DNA from: Pelobacter seleniigenes DSM 18267
Lineage (GTDB): Bacteria; Desulfobacterota; Desulfuromonadia; Desulfuromonadales; Geopsychrobacteraceae
Reading direction: 5' to 3'
NCBI RefSeq assembly: GCF_000711225.1
Contig: NZ_JOMG01000001.1
Location: forward strand, 292,855-356,854
DNA: 64,000 nucleotides
The notes beneath the pieces are model-generated. The model had not been told where the DNA came from. It worked only from the letters and a program-made list of their open reading frames with translations, and did not search any database. Numbering within the stretch: position 1 is the first letter of the stretch; each line of letters starts with the position of its first letter. Below, one piece after another: positions 20,145 through 29,513 of the stretch. A program made the translations under genes and the position numbers.

Positions 20145-20489
20145 CTAAATCATTCTCCGATTAAAGAAGGTCTCTTTTTCAAATTCGTCAATACTCATGG
20201 TGATGTGCTGAATATCCGGGAACATTTCGGCTAGTTTCACCACGACAGCTTTGCTTAACTGTGCCCGCTGGTCGACGGTGCGACCCGGCATGATCGTTGT
20301 GAAGAGATGAATAAAGGCCTCATGTTTGCCGCCGACAGCATAGTCATTGTATGACTTCACGCGTATTTTTATATCCCGCTCATTGAACAGCTGAGAAGCC
20401 AGGACTGTCGCATGAACCTGCCTGATCAGTTCTTCTCCGGAATAGCGGGCCAAAATGTCTTCTGCGCTCTCAAGGACAATATGCGGCAT
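20145..20489 (-). CDS. 5-carboxymethyl-2-hydroxymuconate isomerase-family tautomerase
   Basis: 114 aa starting MPHIVLE, with conserved ...RV..........H.AF.H.T....GR pattern typical of HpcD/CHMI. GGAGG RBS. Confidence 0.65.
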   Translation of the reverse strand: MPHIVLESAEDILARYSGEELIRQVHATVLASQLFNERDIKIRVKSYNDYAVGGKHEAFIHLFTTIMPGRTVDQRAQLSKAVVVKLAEMFPDIQHITMSIDEFEKETFFNRRMI

Positions 20490-20657
20490 AGTTCCTCCTG
20501 GTTGCTGGGATGTGAAGGGTCTTTCCAAACGGCACCACTGCAGCGGGCCGACAACGTTGAATGCGGAATCGATGCTCCAACTGGCCCGGGTAGGCTCTTA
20601 TTTTAGCAGGGTTCCCGCCAACAAAGAGACTGCTCCCCGGGATTTCCTCCACGATCC

Positions 20658-21869
20658 TTATTTTTCTTCCCCGACACCTGCCGGAGCCGGGTTCGTTTGC
20701 CGTAATTGGCGCAGGAACAGCCAGACCACCGGCGGCAGGACCAGGATAAAAGCGTAGCAAAGCAGCAGGAAGGTCTGCTGAACGCCGATGCCGTCCGCCA
20801 GTTTGCCAATCAGCGGACCGGTGCAGACAAAGACCAGGCGGAAACAGAGGGACTGCAGCGACAGGATGCCGGCGCGATTGGCCGAGGGGATTTCCCGCTG
20901 GGCAAAGTTGAGCAGCATCGGCCCGCGCAGGCCGCGCATACTGGTCAGCAGGTAATAGAAGAGGAATCCCCACAACCCGCCGGCCAGGCCCAGCCCCAGA
21001 TAGCCGCCGACGATCAGCAGGGCAAACAAAATCACCATGCGCCCGTCCCCCAGTTTCAATTGGGAGCGGTGACTGGCAAAGGCAAACAGAGCCACGCTCA
21101 GGTTGGCGACGGCCCAGATCGGTCCAAACCAGGAGACCGGCACCCCACCATCCTGCATATAGGGCTGGATCAGCCAGACCGGGTAAAAAGAGGACAGACC
21201 CAGCACCAGATTCAACAGAATGGTATAACGCAGCCGTTTATTGTCCAGCAAGGCGTAGCGGGTCGACCGCCAGGCCTCGGCAACATGGCTGGCTGGCGGA
21301 TTGCCGGAGCGTTGTGGTTCGACCAGGGTCCGGGTCAGAAAAAAGAGCAGAATCCAGACCAGCACCTGAATAATAAAGGGCAACAATGGTGCCGCCGCGT
21401 ACATTACCCCGGCAAACAAAGCACCGCAGGCTTCACCAATCTGCCCGGCCCCGCTCATCCGCCCCTGATGGCGGGCGTAAAAAAGCTCCTCGTCGGTTCC
21501 CTTAAGGCTTTCGAACAGCAGCGCACTGTCTGAGCCACTGATAAAGGACATGGAAATGCCCAGGAAGATTTCCGCGATCAGCACCCCGCTGAAGGTTTCG
21601 GCAATGGTGTACAGCCCCCAGCCGATCACCCCGAGCAGAGCCGCGTAATTGAGCGCTTTACGGTAACCGATCCGGTCGCTGATATAGCCGGATGGGTATT
21701 CCATAACCGCCATGGCCACGGCAAAGATACTCTGCAAGAGCAGGATCTGCGTCAGGCTCATCCCGATCTGGTCTTTCCAGAACAGGGTGATGATCGCCAT
21801 GGGGAACAGACTCATCTCGAGAAAGGAAAAGGCGTAGAGTTTTTTGATGTTGGAGTGGAGTGTCGACAT
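20658..21869 (-). CDS. MFS transporter
   Basis: 12-TM, MFS-type loops (GYISDRIGYRK; second-half repeat). Confidence 0.8.
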   Translation of the reverse strand: MSTLHSNIKKLYAFSFLEMSLFPMAIITLFWKDQIGMSLTQILLLQSIFAVAMAVMEYPSGYISDRIGYRKALNYAALLGVIGWGLYTIAETFSGVLIAEIFLGISMSFISGSDSALLFESLKGTDEELFYARHQGRMSGAGQIGEACGALFAGVMYAAAPLLPFIIQVLVWILLFFLTRTLVEPQRSGNPPASHVAEAWRSTRYALLDNKRLRYTILLNLVLGLSSFYPVWLIQPYMQDGGVPVSWFGPIWAVANLSVALFAFASHRSQLKLGDGRMVILFALLIVGGYLGLGLAGGLWGFLFYYLLTSMRGLRGPMLLNFAQREIPSANRAGILSLQSLCFRLVFVCTGPLIGKLADGIGVQQTFLLLCYAFILVLPPVVWLFLRQLRQTNPAPAGVGEEK

Positions 21870-22161
21870 GGCGGAAGCATAGCCTGAAGCGGCTGGAACC
21901 GCCATACAGAAATGACTGACATCCCGACAAACAACAGGTGATCCGCCTTATCCATCCTCCCTATCGGAACCGGGTTTAGAAACTGTTACACGTCCAAACA
22001 GACCATTCATTATACCCTAACCTCAAATTAACAATATTTCTCTATTGGTTGCCCTTCGTCACGCGCCCGTTAACCGGCGCAACTCGTTTGGCCGGTCTGG
22101 CAGGTGGTTGTTCAACAGCCCGCCGGAGCGGGTTCCAGCAATATTTCAGGAGGTAGTCCAC

Positions 22162-24324
22162 ATGAGGTATGTAAAACAATTATCAACCCTGTTCCTGGCC
22201 CTGGTCCTGGCTGCCGGTATGGCCGGCTGCGACGGCAGCGACAGCAACAACAAAGACAGCTACAGTATCCCGGCCGAGCCGGGCGGTCTCGGCTACGAGC
22301 AGACCGTCGCCAATCCTGCCGTCGATTTCCCGTTGCCGGTCGTCGACTATGCCGAAAACAACAGCCCTTCCGATACGAAATACAGCACTCTGACCAACCC
22401 GATGGCCTATGCGCTGCGCGGGATCAACCATATCTGGAAAGGCACCACTGACAACTGGCAGGAGAATGCCAGCACCTACAGCGATGCCGTCAACGGCTAT
22501 GATGGCGGCGACGGTCCTGGGCCTGACGACTATGTGACAGGGAATCCCATCATTGATGCCGAGGCCTGGAAAACCAATATCGAATACGTTGTCAAAGTCA
22601 CTCGGAATCGGAGCGAAGATCAAGCCCTGCTGGCTTTCCTGGACGATCGCCGCAGCAAAAACTACAGTGTCATCGACGGCTTCGGCCCACTGACTGAAGA
22701 TTTTGTCGCAGCATCCGGTGCTTATTATAATTTTACCCCGATGAAATTAAGCGATGTCCTGACCAACACCACCTTCCACCCCGAGGACAATGATGATGTC
22801 GGCTACGGCGGCTACACCGATTCCGAGTTGGGCGATGTCGTCGACCTGGCCCAGAAGTTCCGCTGGACGGATGCCTCCACCAGCGGCGCCAAATATGTCT
22901 TTGGCACGCCCCGGCCATGGCGGATGAACGACGCTGGCGAAATCAATTTCTACGGCGTCACCGCCTATACCTGTTACGACGCCAACGGTGATATTGTCAG
23001 CAACGGCGGCGAGGATGTGTTCCGCATCGACAGTTATGAAAGCAGTGTCAGCGTGGTTCCCGGCCTGGCCTGCGCCCGTCGCGCCCACAGTCTCTCCAAA
23101 GAAGCTGCCGGACTCTATTCGGCGACTACAGAAAACCGGCGCAAGGATAACGGTTATCCCAGCGGCCACACCAACGCCGGGGTGTTGGCCTCGTTGGCCT
23201 ATGCCTATGCTTTTCCCCAGCGCTACTCCGAAATGCTGATGCGTGGTTCCGACCTGGGAGAAAATCGGATCATCGCCGGCATGCACTCGCCGGTGGATGT
23301 AATCGGCGGCCGGATGCTCGGCCTGATGGTTGCAACCCATACCCTGAATACTTACCCGGAAGTCGCGGCGGCCGCCTACCAGCAGGCCGAGGAATACTTC
23401 GGCGCCAAGGCGGAAACAGCAGGCATGGAATTGTACGATTATGCCCACCGCAAGGTCAGCGAAACCGGCAGCTATAAAGACGGCGCTTACCTCAATATCG
23501 ATGTCTTTGACAACAATTTCTACAGCGATCACACGGCAATCAAAGACCTCTACCTGGAACGGATGACTTATGGCCTGCCGCAAGAAGGCACTCTGGGCCT
23601 GGACCCCATTGTTCCGGAAGGCGCGGAACTGTTGCTGGCCACCCGGCTGCCTTACCTGACTGCGGCCCAGCGCCGCGCGGTCCTGGCCAGCACCGAAATC
23701 GAATCCGGCTATCCCCTGCTTGACGATTCCAACGGCTGGGGACGAATCAACCTGATGGCAGCTGCCGACGGTTACGGTGCTTTCAACGGCGATGTCACAG
23801 TTGAGATGGATGCCAGCCAAGGGGCTTTCAACGCTCGGGACTGGTGGCGAAACGATATCAGCGGGGCGGGCAAACTGACCAAAACCGGCACCGGCACGCT
23901 CACCCTGACCGGTCTTAACAGTTATAGCGGCGGAACCGTTATCAACGCAGGAACCCTGGAAGCAGCATCGGCAACGGCCTTCGGAAGCGGGGATGTTTAC
24001 ATGACCGGCGGAACGACCTCCGTCAAAACTCCGGCCGCCCTGGAGCTTGCCGGCAAATACACCCAGCTTGATGGAACCTTACAGCTGCTGATCGGTGCGG
24101 ATGGACAAGGAACCCTCGCTGTCGGGGGGACGGCGATTATTGTTGATGGTGAGCTGGTGATTGATTTTGCCGCTGACTACACCCCGACAGTCGGTGAACG
24201 GATCAAAATCATGACCGCCAACCGGGTTCATGGTGAATTTGCTGAGGTTTCTGCAGCAGGCTACGACATTTCCGCAGATTACGGGAAAAACTCGGTGACC
24301 ATCACTATCGACGCCATTCTTTAA
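22162..24324 (+). CDS. PAP2-superfamily (acid phosphatase / vanadium haloperoxidase-like) lipoprotein with C-terminal autotransporter-type beta-strand repeats
   Basis: Lipobox LAAGMAGC. All three PAP2 motifs: KYVFGTPRPW (KX6RP), PSGHT, NRIIAGMHSPVDV (R-X3-G-X-H-X3-D). C-terminal GTGTLTLTGLNSYSGGTVINAGTLEAA repeats, but no beta-barrel translocator. Confidence 0.75.
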   Translation: MRYVKQLSTLFLALVLAAGMAGCDGSDSNNKDSYSIPAEPGGLGYEQTVANPAVDFPLPVVDYAENNSPSDTKYSTLTNPMAYALRGINHIWKGTTDNWQENASTYSDAVNGYDGGDGPGPDDYVTGNPIIDAEAWKTNIEYVVKVTRNRSEDQALLAFLDDRRSKNYSVIDGFGPLTEDFVAASGAYYNFTPMKLSDVLTNTTFHPEDNDDVGYGGYTDSELGDVVDLAQKFRWTDASTSGAKYVFGTPRPWRMNDAGEINFYGVTAYTCYDANGDIVSNGGEDVFRIDSYESSVSVVPGLACARRAHSLSKEAAGLYSATTENRRKDNGYPSGHTNAGVLASLAYAYAFPQRYSEMLMRGSDLGENRIIAGMHSPVDVIGGRMLGLMVATHTLNTYPEVAAAAYQQAEEYFGAKAETAGMELYDYAHRKVSETGSYKDGAYLNIDVFDNNFYSDHTAIKDLYLERMTYGLPQEGTLGLDPIVPEGAELLLATRLPYLTAAQRRAVLASTEIESGYPLLDDSNGWGRINLMAAADGYGAFNGDVTVEMDASQGAFNARDWWRNDISGAGKLTKTGTGTLTLTGLNSYSGGTVINAGTLEAASATAFGSGDVYMTGGTTSVKTPAALELAGKYTQLDGTLQLLIGADGQGTLAVGGTAIIVDGELVIDFAADYTPTVGERIKIMTANRVHGEFAEVSAAGYDISADYGKNSVTITIDAIL

Positions 24325-24325
24325 C

Positions 24326-24473
24326 AAGCGGTTGAAAAACAGCTTGCCGAGCCCAGGGATGGGCGACCAAAATCGATGACGGTTTTCTCATGCATTGCTT
24401 TGCAAGGTGAAGGAAATCGGGCATCGCTTCACCGAGCTTGCAAAAGGCCAGGATGGACTTTTTCAACGACCTG
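24326..24473 (-). repeat. MITE-like element family A, copy 4 (reverse orientation)
   Basis: Reverse-complement match to copies at 36479, 45157 and 53663 (e.g. GTTGAAAAACAGC(C/T)TG..GAGCCCA.GGA.GGGCGA(T/C)CAAAATC). Begins 1 nt after the PAP2 gene stop codon. Confidence 0.55.
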
Positions 24474-24596
24474 AATGTCCTCAACAGGCGCTGAGCCTGT
24501 CTTGTTATCAACTTCCCCTCTTGCTTCCCGCAGGAGGGGAAGCCCTTTCCCGGTTCCGCCCCGCTCCTTGCTGCGCTGTCTTTGCTGGTACCTTGA

Positions 24597-25268
24597 TCAG
24601 TCTTCAAAAGGCACTTCGGTGAGCTGCTCGCCCAGGGCCAGCTTCAGGGAATTGTCGAGATGGAACGCCAGCGCCTCACGGGCGGCAGCGACATCTCCCT
24701 GCTTAAGAGCCTTGAGAATCCGCAAATGCTCTTTGGCAACGCGGTGGATATTCCCCGGCGTCACCTTGATCCGGGACTGAACAGCCATCCGGATCTTGAT
24801 AGCGGTCACCCGGTAGACATTTTCGACCAGTGCATTCTGCATGGCGGCAACGAACCGTTCATGCATCGACCAGTCAAAACTTTGAAAGTCCTGGGCCAGC
24901 GACTCCAGGTCGTCACTGCTGCTCCAGGTCAATGCGTCGCAGTGTCTGTCGATCCATTCTTCCAGGGTGTGCTGATCAAGCCGCCCGAGCAAATCGGGGA
25001 TGGCGGCCAGTTCGATCATCCGGCGCATCTGATAGGCATCACGCACAAACGACACGTCCAGACTGGGAACCAGCAACCCCCGTTTGGGAAAGGTCTGCAG
25101 CAACCCTTCCGCTTCCAGGCGTGGGACAGCCTCCCGCACTGCTCCCAGGGTCAACCCGGTCAACTCGACCAGGCCACGCTGGGTGACCAGTTGCCCCGGC
25201 CGCAAAGTCCCGGTGTTAAGCAGTTCTTCAATGCTTTTATAGGCAGCTTCGCGCATGGACATATTCAT
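24597..25268 (-). CDS. GntR/FadR-family regulator (FCD domain)
   Basis: wHTH (GQLVTQRGLVELTGLTLGAVREAVPRLEAEGLL) plus FCD domain. Start chosen at MNMSMRE. An extended start at 25349 is possible. Confidence 0.8.
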   Translation of the reverse strand: MNMSMREAAYKSIEELLNTGTLRPGQLVTQRGLVELTGLTLGAVREAVPRLEAEGLLQTFPKRGLLVPSLDVSFVRDAYQMRRMIELAAIPDLLGRLDQHTLEEWIDRHCDALTWSSSDDLESLAQDFQSFDWSMHERFVAAMQNALVENVYRVTAIKIRMAVQSRIKVTPGNIHRVAKEHLRILKALKQGDVAAAREALAFHLDNSLKLALGEQLTEVPFED

Positions 25269-25343
25269 TGTGTCTTTTTCCGTTGCACCGAGCGTCGGCA
25301 TGAAAAGCTCCATATAAGGAGATAGCTGTTGACAGTATCCATC

Positions 25344-25366
25344 TAACATGTTAGCAACATGTTTAA
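25344..25366. promoter_or_regulatory. tandem palindromic operator candidate (AACATGTT-agc-AACATGTT) in the divergent GntR / dctP promoter region
   Basis: Two adjacent ACATGT palindromes preceded by TTGACA (25331-25336). Lies between the divergent regulator and TRAP genes. Confidence 0.3.
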
Positions 25367-25474
25367 ATAAAAATCTCGATATGTCTTCTGTATATCACTG
25401 CGTCAAAGCAATGGCAAGCGTCAGGAAACGGCAAGCTTAAGGCTGCGCCGAGTCACCCATAAAAGGAGGAAGTC

Positions 25475-26479
25475 ATGTTGAACAGATCCATCCGCTTTTC
25501 CGTACTCATCCTGTCGCTGGTCGGCGTCATGGTCTGCGTTTCCCCGGCCCTGGCCAAAGATAAAGCCAAACTGCGCATGTCGACACCGGCCTCGGCGACT
25601 GATCAGCGCTGCATTGCCCTGGCCAAGGTTTTTGGCCCGGCGGTTGCCGATTTTGCGGTCTATGAGCCCCATTACAACGCTTCACTGATCGCCCAGGGGT
25701 CCGAACTCGAGTCCATCGCTTCGGGCGATCTGGAAATGTCCATCACCTCGGCCCAGGAACTGGCGACCTTCTTCCCTGAATTTTCCATCTTTGCCACCGG
25801 TTACGTCCATCAGGACGCTGCTCATCAGGTGCGCGTTTTCAACGATCCGCTGATGGCCCCCTTCAAGCAGAAGGTTGAAAAGGAGTTGGGTGTCAAACTG
25901 CTCACGGTCATGTATCTGGGGCGGCGCCATGTCAACCTGCGCATGCCGAAAAGTGAATTGACGGTCATGAAGCCTGAGGATCTCGCCGGGGTCAACCTGC
26001 GCATGCCCGGCAGTGACGCCTGGCAGTTCCTCGGCAAGGCGCTGGGGGCCAATCCCACACCAATGGCCTTTACCGAAGTTTATACCGCCCTGCAGACCGC
26101 TTCGGTCGACGGCCAGGACAACCCGTTGCCGACCGTGGTTGATGCCAAATTCTACGAAGTCACCAAGCAGATCGTGCTGACCTCGCACTTGGTCGACCTT
26201 AATTATATTGCTTTCTCCAAAGCGGTCTGGGACGAACTGACCCCGCAGCAGCAAACCGAACTGCAGGCCGCCGCCGATGCCGCAGCCGAAAGCAGCCGCA
26301 AAAATCAATTGCAGAAGGAGGAAGAACTGGTCTCCTTCCTGCGCCAGCAGGGCCTGGAAATCTACACCCCGGATCTCAAAGCATTCCGCGAGCAGGTTCA
26401 GGCCCAATATGTCGGCTCCAAATTCGCCGCTTCCTGGCCGAAAGGGGTCCTGGAAAAAATCAATGCCCTGGGCAACTGA
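25475..26479 (+). CDS. dctP: TRAP transporter substrate-binding protein (DctP family)
   Basis: Signal peptide, then DctP-family sequence throughout. Followed by dctQ and dctM. Confidence 0.9.
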   Translation: MLNRSIRFSVLILSLVGVMVCVSPALAKDKAKLRMSTPASATDQRCIALAKVFGPAVADFAVYEPHYNASLIAQGSELESIASGDLEMSITSAQELATFFPEFSIFATGYVHQDAAHQVRVFNDPLMAPFKQKVEKELGVKLLTVMYLGRRHVNLRMPKSELTVMKPEDLAGVNLRMPGSDAWQFLGKALGANPTPMAFTEVYTALQTASVDGQDNPLPTVVDAKFYEVTKQIVLTSHLVDLNYIAFSKAVWDELTPQQQTELQAAADAAAESSRKNQLQKEEELVSFLRQQGLEIYTPDLKAFREQVQAQYVGSKFAASWPKGVLEKINALGN

Positions 26480-26524
26480 GCGCGGAGAGGATTGAGCTGG
26501 TTTTTACTGCACTTTAGGGTAACT

Positions 26525-26555
26525 CCAGTCGGGAAAAGGTCTCTTTTCCCGACTG
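26525..26555 (+). terminator. strong intergenic hairpin between dctP and dctQ (CCAGTCGGGAAAAG-gtct-CTTTTCCCGACTGG)
   Basis: 14-bp perfect stem 46 nt after the dctP stop. No U-tract. Likely an attenuator or RNA-stability element uncoupling SBP and permease expression. Confidence 0.35.
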
Positions 26556-26647
26556 GACAAACAGAACCACCCAGGGATCCTGGCGACTCAGCTGTTCCAA
26601 CGGAGCTGCTGCCAGGCCTCAGGTAAAAGACCTTGCCGAGGAAAGCA

Positions 26648-27244
26648 ATGAAGCAGATCTCTCAATGGTTTATCCGGGCGACGGAAGGAGTGGCGGCCAT
26701 CATGATGGCTGCCATGTTTCTCACCTTTATTCTGCAGATAACCATTCGTTACACCGGCCACAGCCAGTGGATCGCCGAACACCTGCCATTTCTGGAGTCT
26801 TCCCATTTCGGATGGACCCTTGAATTCTGCCTCGCCCTTTGGGTCTGGATCATTTTTTTCGGCAACTCCTTCATTGTCCGCGAGCAGGACCATGTCACCT
26901 TCGATCTGCTCTATATGCATGTCAATCCCAAGCTCAGAAAATGGTTCGCCATTATCACTTCCATCCTGGTCTGTGTCGGTTTGCTGTGGTCACTCGAACC
27001 AACCTGGGGGAAATTTTATTTTCTGCGCCTGAAAAAAACCGCGTCGCTGTCCGCGTTGTTTGGCGATTGGATCCGCATGCGGCACATTTACCTGGTGTAT
27101 ATCCTGTTTCTGGTCATTGTTGCGCTACGCTATGCCTGGCGCGCCTTGAGTATATTCCGCCTGGGCCCGGAAGCTGACCGGATTCCCCAACAGGGAGAAG
27201 TCAGCAAGCATCCTGATACCAGCAGCGGGACGGATGCCTCATGA
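26648..27244 (+). CDS. dctQ: TRAP small permease (DctQ)
   Basis: ~200-aa 4-TM protein. Stop overlaps the dctM start. Confidence 0.75.
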   Translation: MKQISQWFIRATEGVAAIMMAAMFLTFILQITIRYTGHSQWIAEHLPFLESSHFGWTLEFCLALWVWIIFFGNSFIVREQDHVTFDLLYMHVNPKLRKWFAIITSILVCVGLLWSLEPTWGKFYFLRLKKTASLSALFGDWIRMRHIYLVYILFLVIVALRYAWRALSIFRLGPEADRIPQQGEVSKHPDTSSGTDAS

Positions 27245-28536
27245 CCCCTGAATTCACCTTTTGCCTGATATCACTTTTCGTACTCGCCGGGATCGGTACG
27301 CCGATTGCCTACTCGATTCTGCTCTCCGCCTTTGTCTATCTTGCCGCAGGCGGGCAATCCATCGGTGTCGCCGGAAAAATTCTTATGGACGGCCTCAACC
27401 AGAGCTTTGTTCTGCTGGCGGTGCCGCTCTTCATCGTTGCCGCCAACATCATGAACTCAGGGACCATCAGCGATCGGTTGTTGAACTTCTGCGTCGCGCT
27501 GGTCGGCAGGTTTCGTGGCGGCCTCGGTCACGTCAATATCGTTGCTTCGCTGATCTTTTCGGGGATGTCCGGGTCAGCGGTCGCCGATGCTGCGGGGATC
27601 GGCAAAATCATCATCGACATGATGACCAGGGACGGGCGCTACCCGCGCGGCTACGCTGCAGCCATCACTGCGGCCTCGGCAACCATCGGACCAATCATCC
27701 CCCCCTCGATTCCCATGGTGCTCTATGCGCTGGTTTCCAACGCGTCCATCGGCTATCTGTTTTTAGGGGGGATCATTCCCGGGCTGTTCATGGGGCTGGT
27801 GCTGATGATCATGAACGGCTGGATTGCACATAAGCGCAACTTTGCCCTCGAGAAGACCGTGCCGTTGCGTGAACTGCCCAAACATACCCTCGACGCCTTC
27901 CCCGCGCTGATCATGCCGGCGATTCTGCTTTACGGAATCTACGGCGGGGTGGCCACCCCCACCGAAGCGGCAGCCATTGCCGCCGCTTATGCGTTGCTGC
28001 TGTCGGTCTTCCTCTATCGGGTCATGAAGGTCAAGACACTCTACCGGATCCTGGTCGAAAGCGCCCGTTCATCGGCGGCGGTGGGCATTGTCATCGGTGG
28101 CGCCCTGATCCTGAATTACATTGTCGCCTCCGAGAACATTCCCGACCAGGTCGCCCATACCATGGTCGGCCTGAATGTGCCGCCCCTGGCGTTCCTGATC
28201 GGGGTTAACATTCTCATTCTGTTACTCGGCTGCGTGTTGGATGCGTCAACCATCATCCTGGTCATCATTCCGCTGTTTTTACCCACCTGCACCAATCTCG
28301 GTATCGACCTGGTCCATTTCGGCGTGGTTGCCGTGGTCAACTGCATGATTGGTCTGATCACCCCGCCCTACGGCATCCTGCTGTTTGTGCTCAATGCGAT
28401 TACCCGGATTCCGCTGGCGGAAATCATCCGCGAGGTGTGGCTCTTCCTGGCCGTGCTGGTTCTTGCCCTGCTCGTGCTGATCCTGTTTCCAAGCGCAACA
28501 CTCTGGTTGCCACGGGTGTTCGGTTATGCAGGTTAA
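27241..28536 (+). CDS. dctM: TRAP large permease (DctM)
   Basis: 431-aa 12-TM DctM-family protein. Confidence 0.9.
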   Translation: MTPEFTFCLISLFVLAGIGTPIAYSILLSAFVYLAAGGQSIGVAGKILMDGLNQSFVLLAVPLFIVAANIMNSGTISDRLLNFCVALVGRFRGGLGHVNIVASLIFSGMSGSAVADAAGIGKIIIDMMTRDGRYPRGYAAAITAASATIGPIIPPSIPMVLYALVSNASIGYLFLGGIIPGLFMGLVLMIMNGWIAHKRNFALEKTVPLRELPKHTLDAFPALIMPAILLYGIYGGVATPTEAAAIAAAYALLLSVFLYRVMKVKTLYRILVESARSSAAVGIVIGGALILNYIVASENIPDQVAHTMVGLNVPPLAFLIGVNILILLLGCVLDASTIILVIIPLFLPTCTNLGIDLVHFGVVAVVNCMIGLITPPYGILLFVLNAITRIPLAEIIREVWLFLAVLVLALLVLILFPSATLWLPRVFGYAG

Positions 28537-28571
28537 ATCGATTGCAACAAGCTTTATTAAAGGAGTTTCAA

Positions 28572-29513
28572 GTGACTGGTTCCATTACCGGCATCATTCC
28601 CGTCATGATCACCCCATTTACGGCGGACAATCACATTGACTGGCCCGCTTACGAACGTTTGATCAACTGGTATATCGACAACGGTGCAGAGGCCCTGTTT
28701 GCAGTCTGTCAGTCGTCGGAGATGTACTATCTCTCGCTGGAAGAGCGTCTGGAACTGGCAAGATTCACGGTCAAAACCGTACAGAACCGGGTCCCGGTCG
28801 TCGCCTCCGGCCATATTTCCGAACACCTGGCCGAGCAATGTACCGAACTGGCCGCCATGGCTGACAGCGGAGTCGACGGCCTGATTCTGGTCACCAACCG
28901 GCTGGCTGCTCCAGACAGCGCCAGCCAGCAGTTACGCACCCATCTCGACAGGCTGCTGGCTGCTTTGCCGAAGGATTTACAGCTCGGCCTTTACGAATGT
29001 CCAGCCCCTTATCGGCGCCTGCTGACCGATCAGGAACTCGAATACTGCGCGCAGACCGGCCGTTTTGTCCTGCTTAAAGACGTCTCCTGCGACCTGTCGA
29101 CCGTTAAACGCCGGATCGCCTTGACCAAGGACACGCCCCTGACCATCAACAACGCCAACGCCGCCATTGCCTGGCCCGCTCTGCAGGCCGGCGCAGCAGG
29201 ATTCTGCGGGGTGATGAACAATGTTCACCCCGATCTTTATCGCTGGCTGCAGGATCATGGCTCCCGTCATCCCAACCTGGCTGAGGAATTGGCTACTTTT
29301 TTGGTCCTGGCAGCAATGAGCGAAACCATGGGTTACCCGAAACTGGCCAAGATTTATCACCAGCGCATCGGCACCTTCGAGCACGATCACAGCCGTGCAG
29401 TTCCCTATGATGTCCGCGAAAAGCACTGGGCCTTTGATGAAATTCTGACCCGCATCGAGCTGGGCACGGAACATTTCCGTAGTCGTATCAGCAGGCTTGG
29501 AGGTTCAAAATGA
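28572..29513 (+). CDS. DapA-family (dihydrodipicolinate synthase / KDG-aldolase / 5-dehydro-4-deoxyglucarate dehydratase-like) class I aldolase
   Basis: GIIPVMITPF...DWPAYERLINWYIDNGAEALFAV (DapA/NAL family). GTG start 28572 preceded by AAGGAG. The ORF-track start at 28437 would overlap dctM. Confidence 0.7.
   Translation: MTGSITGIIPVMITPFTADNHIDWPAYERLINWYIDNGAEALFAVCQSSEMYYLSLEERLELARFTVKTVQNRVPVVASGHISEHLAEQCTELAAMADSGVDGLILVTNRLAAPDSASQQLRTHLDRLLAALPKDLQLGLYECPAPYRRLLTDQELEYCAQTGRFVLLKDVSCDLSTVKRRIALTKDTPLTINNANAAIAWPALQAGAAGFCGVMNNVHPDLYRWLQDHGSRHPNLAEELATFLVLAAMSETMGYPKLAKIYHQRIGTFEHDHSRAVPYDVREKHWAFDEILTRIELGTEHFRSRISRLGGSK

Noticed and set aside
22747-23820. 357-aa ORF on - strand
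   Set aside because: Antisense shadow of the PAP2 lipoprotein gene.
24305-24622. Two overlapping ~80-100-aa ORFs (24305-24607 minus, 24395-24622 plus)
   Set aside because: They lie inside MITE-A copy 4 and its flank. Most likely non-coding repeat sequence.
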